A stretch of DNA of 64,000 nt from Dudresnaya verticillata (lineage: Eukaryota): the NCBI GenBank assembly GCA_977862235.1, contig OZ374559.1, positions 2,666,001 to 2,730,000 on the forward strand, given 5' to 3'. Made by a program: the position numbers and the translations under genes. Shown in pieces: positions 1 to 11,038 of the stretch; within the stretch, counting starts at the first letter, position 1, and each line of letters opens with the position of its first letter. The notes beneath the pieces are model-generated. The model searched no databases, was not told where the DNA came from, and saw nothing but the letters and a program-made list of their open reading frames with translations.

Positions 1-935
1 GTCGTCGCCCTTCCCCTGTGTCGCGTGGGTAGTATGATCGAGTATTTGGGCACCGACCACTGCATTCCGAATGAATTGGCCCATTCGTCGCACACAGCAA
101 GGGCAAGTCGGAGCTCAGTTGGGGAGGACACATGCAGGAGACAGTCATCCGCGAAGAGGCGGCCCGGCAGGTTTGCATGCGATCTGTCGAGTTGGGTGCA
201 GAGTTTGTACGCGAGGACGTCTATGAAGAGGTTGAACAGTATTGGGCTTAAGGGTGAGCCCTGTACCACGCCCGTACGGATTTCGCCGTAGGTACAGGTT
301 CGTCCCCGACCGTGCTAATGCGTAACGGTCCGAGCAGCGTGGTGATCATCGCAACTAGATGGGGGGTAGCCGATCCGCGCACAGATTCAGGAGCTTCGTC
401 CTATCGACCCGGTCATAGGCGCTTTTGAGGTCTAATACTGCTTTGTAGTCGTCTCCGGAGTGTTGTGCCGCTATTGCCATTGCCACTGCCATTTCCGTCC
501 GTATGTTTGGCTGAAACCCGAGCTGCATTCTATGTGGGGTGAAGCAAGCTTGCACTTCATATGCTATTGCTTTTTCGATGACTTTGCGGGCATGGGAAAG
601 CAGGCAAATTGGGCGGTAGTTCCCTGGATCCGCTTGGCAACCGCGTTTATGCACAGGCACGAGTGACCCGACCGTCCAGGTTTCAGGGAGAATTGAAAAA
701 TCACCGCAGCGTTTCCACATCCAGAAGAGTAGTTCTGCGGAGAGTTCGGGGCACAGTTGTAGCATCTCGATATGTATGTCGTCCCTGCCCGTCGCGGTCC
801 CTCGAGATATGTTTTTCAGGGCGCATGTGATGCTTCGTTGGAAACGCGGAGGTACGTAGAATGTTCGAGGCTTTGGTGCCGCGGGGGTGTCTCTAGATGT
901 ATCTGTGACAGTATCCATGGTACGTGTTCCCAGAT
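1..935 (-). mobile_element. Degenerate non-LTR retrotransposon RT fragment (APE-type LINE); runs off the window start
   Basis: ORF 355..945 has GRDDIHIEML, WTVGSLVPVHKRG, NYRPICLLSHARKVIEK, QLGF and VLDLKSAYDRVDR. Beyond the stop at 355-357 the minus strand still encodes GVVQGSPLSPILFNLFI and FADDC. Confidence 0.8.
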
Positions 936-939
936 CCGA

Positions 940-2384
940 GCACAAGTTTGGACTTTATTCGGGAGGTCACGGGCCCGGCGGCATTCATACGAGAACGACT
1001 GGATAAAGAAGAAGCGAAAGAGTTTGAAAGGAGTTTGCAATCTCTGGGACAGCATTAAGCAGACGGTTATCGGAATGGGTTGATACCCCGTGAAGGACTG
1101 GAGGTACTGTGGTGTAAATACCCATCGGCTGTCCGAACAGTCATGCTTGACATTCTTTGTCAATTTGACATCATCATGCGCCTTCAGGCTGTGGAAGGAG
1201 CGGACGGTGAACAGAACGAGCTAATCGGGATACCTTCACTGCTGCCAAAGGGTTGGGAAGGGTTCTCGTGTGACACAAAGAACGGAGAGAGTGAACTAAT
1301 TTTGCGAACAGAGTTTGTTGATACCATTCCGCCAAGTCTGACAGGGTCACTGATCGCGTACCTTCACCGAACCATTGGAATAGAGCGGACAAAACCGCCC
1401 GAGCTTCGTCAAGATGCCGTCATCCTGACCCTTGCGGGAGCATGCCGAGTCGTGGTTCGCTTTATTCCAGAAAAGAGATGGATCGACTGGACTATAAGGG
1501 CGGATGCCGATGAAGCGCTGCAGGTTGCGCACCAGTGTTTGCGGGGCATGGAAAGTTTTTTGAAGGGACCACTGCATGGGAGCAATGTAAGCTGGAAAGA
1601 TTATCTGATCACCGACTGCCCTAAGGAATTACGCGGGGTGTGTGGAAGTTCCAGTAGCGTGCAGTTAAGTATCCGTCGGAGTTGGGTAACAAGTACGCAG
1701 TGCCAGCCACTGGACCCAGCAGAAGGAACTTGCGTTTGCGAGCAGCTTTGGACTTTCAAGCGATTGAAGCCGCACATCCTCAAAGGAGCAAGCACGGGCT
1801 CAGGTCCGCGTCCTGTTGACGTGCGACTAGCTGCAAGACCTTTCGATGTATTTATCAGCCACGCAAGGAGCGAGAAGGGGTGCCTCGCCGTGCCGGTAAT
1901 GAATGCAATGGGCACAAAGGTCAGTTGTTTCTTAGATGAGAATAGCCTCGAGGTATCCACAAAGACGAATAAGGACCAAATTATGGCTGCAATTCGAGGG
2001 AGCAGAGCTGCAATATTCATACTGTCACCAGAGTTCTTGGCTCGCAAGTGGACAATGCTAGAGTTGGAAGAATTCTTCAAGCGGACGGATGAGGCGGTTG
2101 GAAGAGGCGAGAAACCTCCGTTAATTTTCCCGTTGTTCTACAAACTCTCGGTCGAAGAATGTCAGAAGGAGATGGATGTTTTCCATGGAGAGAATAGCGA
2201 TCTTTTCAGGAGGAGAGGGTTTTTCGAATACGAACGACAGAATCAATCGCCATCTACGAAAATTGCTGACTTGGCCGGGCGTTTAAGCTCGTTTTTTGGT
2301 ATTCGGAATGACCGCGAAGAGTCGAACGAGGATTTTGCTCAACGAGCCGCAATCACACTACTCCAGAAACTAGAAAGTTACTAG
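940..2384 (+). pseudogene. 3' part of a COR-TIR (ROCO-type) gene; 5' part lost, in-frame TAA at 1056-1058
   Basis: The C-terminal TIR is clear: FDVFISHA, FLDENSL, SRAAIFILSPEFLARKWTMLELEEF, LIFPLFY. The N-terminal part resembles COR (GLIPREGLEVLW...MLDILCQFDII...IPSLLP...IPPSLTGSLI). There is no ATG start and the 5' side abuts the LINE. Confidence 0.7.
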
Positions 2385-3547
2385 TTGAGTTTGTCCATAG
2401 TATACGTTTGTCGTTGCCGTTTAATATATCTCATCGTTTACTGCCTGCAACAATCATTGCGGACAGGTTTGAAAAGATGAGGGATGAACAAGGTAAAGGA
2501 TAGGAAAAAGGTGCGGAGGGAAAGCTGTAAAAGTTCGTAGTGTGTCAATTGTTGAGTTGGTTGATCATGTGATGCCGTGATTCAGACATGATGATAGAAT
2601 GTTGCCCTACTTATAGAGTTCGAGGTCCGCTGTGTCACTAGAGACACGAGCTTAATCCTATGCATCTACTTCTACGAACGGTAATTTGTAGATAGAGTAC
2701 TGTTTGAATAGAGCTAGAACTCTACAAATTCTTGAAGCAATACAATTCTTTCATTACGCAACCAGTGCACAGGCAGAAGACTGTTTCTATTGACAGAGTG
2801 CTTGAAGATTATTAACGGTAGATAATAAATGGTGAACCGTTTCACAGCACAGTGACTGTTCTGTTGCCACAGTGCTTGAAGAGCAGAACGGAAAACAATA
2901 AAGAATGAACCGTTCCATGGTACTTTGACCGTTCCTGTTAATGTTGTTCATAATGAGAGCTTGAAGCAGTTGGGTCATAACAGCCACAAATAGACACAGG
3001 TGCAATCCCAGCAAGGGAGCCTGTCGGGAAAGAGTACTACCTGTACTCGGACCCTGCCAGCATAGGCAACGCTGTACACTGTACAGTGTATGGTACCTCC
3101 TCTCTGCAGCACAGCAGTGCCTGGACATGCCTCTCTATCTGATTGGATGTCTGCAGGGTACCGTGCCTGGGTACAGGACTGTATTGTACAATACGACGCT
3201 CCGTCCGTCGTCGCCGGCCGACGCGACGGCGGCAGCGCGCGAATAGCTGCGTCAGCCTGGAGCTGCCCGATCCAGGGCGGAGGCTGCGATCGTACAGTCC
3301 ACTAAATAGCGTGGGTCATACGACCTGAGCAGCACAGCTCACACTCTGCTTTTTACCTAATAAAGGCAGCCCGCGGGCGTCAGCACAGACGAGGGGACTC
3401 CCAACAACCCGCGGTGACCTAGCCTCCAACCTCGCCTTCCGCTTTTCCCTTTCTATATCCTTTATCAACCACCGCGTACGCGAGTGGCTCTCTTTATCCG
3501 GACTGCGTTACAAACATCAACGTGTCAAAGTCCCGGAATGGAAAGAA

Positions 3548-3796
3548 TTACAGCATTTTGGAGAACTTCCAGTCGTTCTGTTCGCTCTCTTCCGATGGTG
3601 CGGTGAAGGAATGCAACGAAGGATTCAAGTCCGGCGGAATAACAGCGGCAAACGCGGTTCTCAAAGCAATTTCGTACTCTCCTTCTTTAGTATGGCACTG
3701 GAATCTCTCCAACCCTTTGGGAAGCAACGACGGAATCTCGACTAGCTTCTTCCGCCCATTGGCTTCCATCCCTAGGGATCCCGTACAGACAAACAT
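3548..3796 (-). pseudogene. Inverted paralogous COR fragment
   Basis: EANGRKKLVEIPSLLPKGLERFQCHTKEGEYEIALRTAFAAVIPPDL aligns with GADGEQNELIGIPSLLPKGWEGFSCDTKNGESELILRTEFVDTIPPSL in ORF 1080..2384. Confidence 0.65.
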
Positions 3797-3854
3797 GCTT
3801 TCCGTAGTTCTTTTTCATGAATGATTAACGTCCTACTTCTCTCCCAAGTTAGAA

Positions 3855-5342
3855 TTAGGCTTTAGGATGTCTATTCCTGATTGGCTTCCTCCTTCGTTGG
3901 ACAATAGTGAAACCATCCCCATCAGTCTTCGCAAGACCTTTCTTCTCCGCAAGGCGGGATCCATCTTCGGCAGCAGCGGTGGGGGTACAAACGGTGGAGT
4001 TAACTCCGTCATTCTGAGGTTCACTACCCAAGGGCAGGCTCCTTCCCGCATAACAGTTCTTCTCGTCCGCGGCTACAGCAGCCTTTTTGGTAGGAGCGCA
4101 CACTTTTCCAGTACCCTTGGAGAGCTTCGAAGTCATATCTGAAGCCAAAAAATGACTTTCTTTCTTCGTGTCGCTTATACGACAGTCACTGCCCTTCTTC
4201 CCTACATATGCTCGATCCACTTCCGAGACCCTCTTGGTTGCTTCGTTTCCTTGCAGCGAAACCGGGACTTCCTTCTGCGACGGGGCAGAAATTTTGCTGC
4301 GTGCAGAACATTTCTCGGGCTTCGGAGCAGTAGCCGTGCTACTTGGAAGTGTGCTGACGCTGTGGTGGATGGTGTTAGCAGTCATGTCTAGACTCGCCAG
4401 CATTTCATTCATTACTTCCGAGCTGCTCATTTGACCAGATGCTCCGGAGTCTGGCACAGTGACGTGTTTCTGATGCTCTCTCTTTCCCGGAACTCGGGCC
4501 ACGCTAGGTGAAATTGTGTCTACCTTTGGTGCATCCTTGTCGCTACCACCCTTCGCAGCAGCAGTATTCGATACAGACTGACTGAAGCTACCGGAAGGGA
4601 ATTTCATGGCAACCGTAGCCCAGGATTCTCCTGGAAGTCGAGCGGGTTTCTCAACCGCATCGATGCCACCTTCTACTCTCAGGTTCTGCTTCTTAAGATG
4701 AGCTTTCTTCGGCTCCTTTGCCAACTGTACAGATGAAGGACTCGAGGTAGATTGGATACGTCGGGAAGAGTTCTGACCGGAAGCGGGAACTTGAACGCGT
4801 TCGTTCTTCTCCGAGACTGAAAGCATATGAGACTTGTTCTTGTGATTGACTGGCGCAGTTGCGTCGGAAGAGAAAGAATTCATTCCCTGCTTTCCCATTC
4901 TAACCTTTTTCTTACCAGTCCTCTTCCTGGCTGTGCTTGCGTCAGATACGACAGCCGCACTCCGTCGAAGAGATGTGCGCAAATCTGTTTCTTTGTTACC
5001 AAGCCCATGAACCTCGAAGGCTGAAAAGTCAAAGCGCCCACGTCGGAAGGGTCTGGACCCAGGAACCTTCTCCACAATGAAGTTTCCGAATTGCAAGGCC
5101 CCCGGCTTCATTGATTGTTTCTTATGAGCCTGGTTTTTCTGCTGCCTTTTTGCAGAAGCAAAACTGAACATGGTCGGGGCATGGTGAGCATGGTGAGCGG
5201 GAAATGCAAGTGGATTATGCATTGGAGCAGGCTGCGTCAAAGGCATTGGCGCGGGGTTAGCTTCTTTCATCGCAGGGGGGGCTTGCGTGAAGCTGGCGCC
5301 AGTGTAGATATGCGGCGGCTGTTCAGTTGCCGACGGGTTCAT
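3855..5342 (-). CDS. Low-complexity (P/S/K/Q-rich) protein, copy A, internally deleted relative to copy B
   Basis: Open frame. The start is placed at MNPS because all three paralogues have an ATG there. Inverted duplicate of about 24400-27518. Confidence 0.55.
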   Translation of the reverse strand: MNPSATEQPPHIYTGASFTQAPPAMKEANPAPMPLTQPAPMHNPLAFPAHHAHHAPTMFSFASAKRQQKNQAHKKQSMKPGALQFGNFIVEKVPGSRPFRRGRFDFSAFEVHGLGNKETDLRTSLRRSAAVVSDASTARKRTGKKKVRMGKQGMNSFSSDATAPVNHKNKSHMLSVSEKNERVQVPASGQNSSRRIQSTSSPSSVQLAKEPKKAHLKKQNLRVEGGIDAVEKPARLPGESWATVAMKFPSGSFSQSVSNTAAAKGGSDKDAPKVDTISPSVARVPGKREHQKHVTVPDSGASGQMSSSEVMNEMLASLDMTANTIHHSVSTLPSSTATAPKPEKCSARSKISAPSQKEVPVSLQGNEATKRVSEVDRAYVGKKGSDCRISDTKKESHFLASDMTSKLSKGTGKVCAPTKKAAVAADEKNCYAGRSLPLGSEPQNDGVNSTVCTPTAAAEDGSRLAEKKGLAKTDGDGFTIVQRRRKPIRNRHPKA

Positions 5343-6829
5343 TGTAGTCGATGAGGGCGCAATTGGGACCGCGTTGACCGAGTGCCAAGCCTGTATGGAG
5401 ATTGCTTGTTCGGGAAGTGAGTAGGGGTTGGTCGGAGGGGGAATGGTGGGGGTTGGCTTTCGCTGCAGGCTAGAGGAGGTGGTGTTGGGGGTTGCGTTGG
5501 TGCTAGTGATGGCGTGGGTGGAGAGCTTGAGAAGGGGAGGGCGCCGGATGGAATGGTTAAATGGGGCGAGGGGCGTAGGCGGGAACAGGGTTTTCGCCAA
5601 CGCAGCGACGCAGCCGACTGGTTCGATGTTGTTCGGCTGCGGGAATTGTCTGCTTCGGTCTGTCGTTGGCGGCGGCGCGAAATCGGAAAAGGCTCATTGG
5701 TTAAATTTGGCAAAGAAATTCGTCGCAAAACCAAAGTATTCGTATGCTTACAGCTCGGATCTGCGATAGCGAATCGTCGAGAAATGACTTCGGCAGCCGA
5801 ACGCAATCTGTGGCCTTGCACTTGCAGTTGCTGCCTGCCGCCCCACCGAAACTTCTGTTCCATACAATTCTGTGTCCACCTGTGATGACTCGGGGACTCG
5901 TACCACCACGCGCGTGGGGCCGTGCGCGCGTAGGTGCAGGGAATCCGCAGTTAGGACGAGGGAACGCAGGGAACATAGAGGGAAGGCCAGGCGAAGATGG
6001 ATGGCGCTGCAAAGGGGGGTACCTGTTCGATACCGCTTCTCTCCGCGGTGACCCACTCCGTGTGCCTTTTTCTGCTACTCTACAGATTGGACCAGCCACT
6101 GTGGGCGGCGGCGAGAGCTTTGCCCTCCAGTGGCGCGCCGAGCAGCGGGGCCCGCGAACTGTCGAATTACTGCAAGCCTCGATGGCTGGAATGACTAGTG
6201 ACGGATTACCGAGCGCTTGCGCGCCGGCAGCAGACCACCCCCGAATTAAGTTTCCCACGACATACCCTAACATGAAACGGAGTTTTCACATTCACGTTGA
6301 GGAGGCCGGTGCACCAAATTGCTTCGTCCGAAATCGTGACCATATACCTTTCAATTCGCAGAGCACGCATATGTCACACTGGTGCATCAATCCCCTGGGT
6401 GAGCCTGCTCTGCTCACGAGCAGTGCTCTAGCGCCACAGGGCCTCATGGTTTGCCGCACCACGGGAAGCAGTAAATCATTACATTGAATCTGAGAGTTGC
6501 TTGAGAGCTCTGCACTTTAAACTCCAATGACCGGCCGAGTGGAGAAAATCATCCAGTAGTCTAGGCAGGTCCTCAAACAGTTGTGTCAGTCGTCCCCAAG
6601 TATAATCAGTCTCGCCGGGAATTCCTTCCCACTCAATCTGCACCATCAGACCTCCTTCGTGATCCGGAATGACTCAAAAGGTCTTTGCGGCTTCCTAGCG
6701 TTTTTCGAATCGCTTGGTTGCATACAGCAGGTTTTTAGAAATTGGCATTCCATCCATATCTTCACGGTAAATATCGTTTTGTCGGGCGTGAACGTCCTCG
6801 CGATTGTTGTTCACTAGGTCTTCCACCTT

Positions 6830-7530
6830 GTATACCCAGTCTCACTTGGCTTCGGTAACGCGTCGAGGCCCACACCAAGGGAACTGTAGCTTACAGAAAG
6901 GCGGGCGGGTGAAGACGAATGGGAATGGGGAATGACTACAGAGACGTCAAACCCTTGAGGACGAGGTGAAAAACGCCGATCGTCCGCCAATAAACCCATA
7001 CGCAGATCTTCGCGACGGTCCGGGGTGGTCCCCGAAGAAAGACAAGTGGCATAGCTAGCGTAGCTGGCATCACAGAAGCGCTCAGACGAGGATCGAGAAG
7101 TGGCTGAACCGGGGTTGCCTGGACACGGTTCGTCGCCGTAATCAAAATCATACTCAGTTCGCACTTCGATACCGAGAAGAGGAGAGAGGGTTTGACTGAA
7201 GGATTCCAAGTGGCCGCAGAGCTGGTCGTTAATGGCGACGGATAGTCCCCTCCCGTGCCGTGTAAACTGTAGCGTGGTGACCATAAACGTCAAGACGAGG
7301 AACTGGAGTGGTGGACCCGACTGCATAGTGCACACAGGGGTCGGTAGGTACCGGATAATACTGGTGCACCAACTCCAAGTTCAACCGTGGTGATCCAAAG
7401 CTATGGCGCAACACGGGTGATGGAGGAAGGATATTGAAGAAAATTGAAGGGACAACAAGCGTTGCCCGTAGCGGTAGATCGTATACGAATACGGCTTTGG
7501 AGAGATCCCAAAGAACCACCAATCGGTTTG
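6830..7530 (-). mobile_element. Degenerate CRE-like retrotransposon fragment (Zn knuckle/RLE region)
   Basis: LDVYGHHATV..REGTIRRH and DLRM..ADDRRFSPRPQGFDVSVV match the C-terminus of ORF 16901..19639; frameshifted. Confidence 0.75.
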
Positions 7531-8361
7531 GCTAGCTTGACTCTTGTCGCCAGAATGGGAGCGTATAGTTCAGACTGTCGTGCACAGCGTGAGGTCTAGA
7601 CCCCTCACATCGAAGTGGGATGATATCGGTTGCCCGGCAAGAACCCGAGAGAGAAGAGCATGTTTCCCGAATACCCTCGGCATTCTCTCATCATGATGGG
7701 CGACAAGAGAGGAGTTTATAAGAGAAGGTGTGATGTTATTCTTTAATTGTTGTTTATAGTGGTCCTACGCGGGCAGCTTAGGCCCATTTGCAGGCGTACT
7801 TGAGGGTCCGCAAAAAAGGGCTCGTGGAATTATGTATATACGTTTTGTTGCGTGCTATGGGGCTATGGGCTATCTTTGACGAGGGCAGTGGATGGCGGTG
7901 GGGGGCGGGGGGTGGATGATCTTGTGCGCATAGTCGGCGGATTTGTCAATGGCGGTGGAGATAGCGGTAAGGTCTGAGGGGTAGTTCTGAGAAGATAGGA
8001 AACTCTAGAGGAGCCACCACATTGTCGCAGAAGGTGAAAGGCAATTTGTGGATCACCGAGGTCTTCATCTTATCAAGGTTCTTTCCATATAATGAAACCC
8101 AAATGGGATGAAGTTCCCAGTTCTTCTACCATTAGAGTAGTCCTTCCCCTGTCGCAAATTGGAGCAACACAGAGGGTATTGGGGCTGCCCATGAACTGGG
8201 AAATAAGAGAGATTAAGAGAGAAGGTGAGACTACAAGGAGTTTCTATTTCAATACTCTCACCCACTAGTGGGGACATATTCGCTCAGCAGGATCAAGTTT
8301 CTATATCATGAACCAGTAAAGTTCTGCATCATCAATGTTTGATGCTGCAGCGGAAAAAACT

Positions 8362-9945
8362 TTACGAAGTAAGAGACCGTAACCAGGTCACAACGAGCTC
8401 AAAATGAGATTGTAACTTGAAGCCTTTGTACATGAGGCCGCCAAGCGGTTCTTTGGATGTACCGAGCCGAACAGCAACACGGAACGGCCAGAGAGCGGAG
8501 TGGCTAACAACTGGGCTCAACGCATTTGTATATGACGAAGCAACGATTCCGTTGACTACGATATCACCATGCATGGAATGCGGAGCAAATAGCCCATGGC
8601 CATCTTTCTCAACAATGGACACAACCTGGGACGGGCCGTCAATCGTGCGCAGGATATCCCCGATAATAACATCCCCAGCAACTTTCAGTTGATCGTTCGC
8701 ATACAGATAGTGCCCATGGGTTAGGGAGATGGCTCGGCCCGACTTTGTTGAGATCTCCAGAAATGAAGTTGCGACTGCCTCTACCTTGTGCGAGAAGAAA
8801 TATATCGTACTTTGGGTAGTTTCGGAAGCCATGACCTCTTGCCCAGCAGACAGCTGGCTGATGGGTAGCTCTGATCCATCACTCAAATGAACCACAGACG
8901 AGCCTGAGAAACATTTCGCTTCAGATTTTCCTGTGATTACGCTGGGGGCAACTGCTGTCCTAGAGACGGTTGGAGAAGGAGAAGGAGAGGCGCTGGGTAG
9001 CACTGGACTGATGTATACTAGAGATGGCCATGGGGTTGGATTGCTCACAGCGCTAGCTTTCGGGCTTGGTGTAGGAAACGGTGAAATGCTCGCCCTTGAT
9101 GTCAGACTTGGGTTCGGCTGATTCATGCTTAATTCAGGACCAGGACCTCCCAAGGGCTTGGTCTGAACTGAAGTTGGGCGTTTCTCTGGGCGTGCTTGCG
9201 AGGAAGAGCGGATTTCTTTAGGGCATCTGGCCAGCTGTTTCTTGTTGGCAGGTTCGCGATCGCTAAGGTCGGAGAATATCATGCGGTCAATCGGCTGAAT
9301 GTAGCCATTAGTCCCCTTCGGGAACTTCTTACCTGGATTAATCAGCTTTGCGGGTCTCATTTTGGCCTCAATACTGTTCGGGTCCCAGTAAGAGACGATC
9401 AACTTCCGACCTTGGACAGCAAGATCGGTCATGAACGCCCATGTATTGACTTGCTCCATGTTAAGCATCTCATCGTAGGAGAAGATTCCATCTCCAATAA
9501 GCTGGTATGTGAGAAGGACGAACACCGTATACTGCCCCCTGGTCCTATCCTTGTAGCCACACGCGAACCTCTGTAATGTTTGGTTGACCTGCGCTTTGGT
9601 CTCCGGCTTGGGCCACTTCATTGCCTCGGCAAGGTCTTGAACTGATCGGAAAATGGCCTTGTCGTTAGGCGCGAGGAGAGTCGTCGGAACATTGGGCTTC
9701 TTCAAGAACTTGGCTGCATCGGTTTCCTCGAGAAAGTTCACGAGCAAATCAAACTCGGGAGAAGAGGCGAGAATCTCATAAATGCTCTTCCTCGGCTCAG
9801 ACATTCTTGTTCGGTGGTGGATCGAGAGCTGCTTCCTGCCGATGCCCCCAACACCAGGAGCACCAGTGACAAGCAGAGGGATCAGAATCATGATCAGTAT
9901 CGCAGTCATCGGGCAGCTAGCCTCAGAAGAGCTGGTAGTCATCAT
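8362..9945 (-). CDS. Secreted fasciclin (FAS1) + Pro/Ser linker + Hedgehog-type Hint (Hog) protein
   Basis: Hydrophobic leader MTAILIMILIPLLVTG (ATG at 9909 or 9945). FAS1 motifs TLLAPNDKAI and NGYIQPIDRMI. The Hint starts at CFSGSSVV (Cys codon 8913-8911) and includes LTHGHYLY and GLFAPHSMHGDIVVNGIVASSY. Confidence 0.85.
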   Translation of the reverse strand: MMTTSSSEASCPMTAILIMILIPLLVTGAPGVGGIGRKQLSIHHRTRMSEPRKSIYEILASSPEFDLLVNFLEETDAAKFLKKPNVPTTLLAPNDKAIFRSVQDLAEAMKWPKPETKAQVNQTLQRFACGYKDRTRGQYTVFVLLTYQLIGDGIFSYDEMLNMEQVNTWAFMTDLAVQGRKLIVSYWDPNSIEAKMRPAKLINPGKKFPKGTNGYIQPIDRMIFSDLSDREPANKKQLARCPKEIRSSSQARPEKRPTSVQTKPLGGPGPELSMNQPNPSLTSRASISPFPTPSPKASAVSNPTPWPSLVYISPVLPSASPSPSPTVSRTAVAPSVITGKSEAKCFSGSSVVHLSDGSELPISQLSAGQEVMASETTQSTIYFFSHKVEAVATSFLEISTKSGRAISLTHGHYLYANDQLKVAGDVIIGDILRTIDGPSQVVSIVEKDGHGLFAPHSMHGDIVVNGIVASSYTNALSPVVSHSALWPFRVAVRLGTSKEPLGGLMYKGFKLQSHFELVVTWLRSLTS

Positions 9946-11038
9946 GAGTTTGGAAGGCCTTGGTATCTTCTTAAGACTTAACCTCCTCTCAGTCCAAGAG
10001 ATCGCACGGGGCTGGCGCAATTGATGGCCAGCGTCGGTACGCGGGTTCGGCTCGGGCGTCTTCGCTGCGTTCCGTGATGACCTACTGCACAAGGAAGCTT
10101 GAAGAAATTCGCACTGACTGTCTGGAATCAGTAGGGGGGAATTGTTGGGCAAGTTGAACCGCAAGTGCGCAGGGTTGGATAGGCCAGTCCTGTCTTTCTG
10201 TCTGTCTTTCTGTCTACCGAGACCACCTTCGAGACCCAAAGGAACCTTAATAGAGTAGGGGTATCATCAAGGAGCAGAAAGCCAGGTTTGACCCGACCAA
10301 TTCTCTAGCTTCAGCTAAAAAGTCCTTTTTGTCGAAGTGATACAGATATTTCGACGTGTACACTTGTACAAGCAAGCTTTATCTGAAAATCAAGCTTTTC
10401 AGGGCCCTAAGTATGCCACGTACAACAGCACTGACAACAACGACAGAAACGACAGCATGTGGGACCATCCTGCGCTTCGGAGATCGAGAAGGGCGTTTCT
10501 TCAATACGTCTCAAAATCGGTCCGCATTATGCCTATTCGTGCTGAAGCTAGAGTTACCTGTCTTGCCCTCAGTCCTTCCTTGTAGTCCCGTCCCCTTATG
10601 GGCCCCCCTTTACGCATTGGTTAAAGTGATGCTTCCCCCTGTCTTGATAAAGTAAATGAATCATTTCGATAAAGTATGGAAAAATGTTACAAAAAGTTGG
10701 GCCTTTTCGAGGCGAGTAACTCCAAAGATGCTGAGTTGAGAAATGTTTCCATAAGCGATGCGATTCTGATCCTTTGAATGAGCTAGTCTTGTGACCTTTA
10801 AAATTATCTGCAAGCTTACTGAACACTAATGTACCCAAACCTCTTACTTATTAGTACCCATTTGAATCATGGCCAAGTCCATAAGCTCTTGTTTGCTGAC
10901 AATGCTGCCCGCTTGTGCTGCGTCACCTGTACATAAGATTGCTTACGCGATGCAGTTGTGCTGCACAATGAAGTGGCCATTACCTTGCTTGGGAACCTGG
11001 CTCAGAAGGAGAAGATTACCAAGCTATCCCTAACCTGA

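Noticed and set aside
3180..3511. Possible solo LTR (TGT...AATAAA...TTACA)
   Set aside because: No second copy in the window and no matching TSD.
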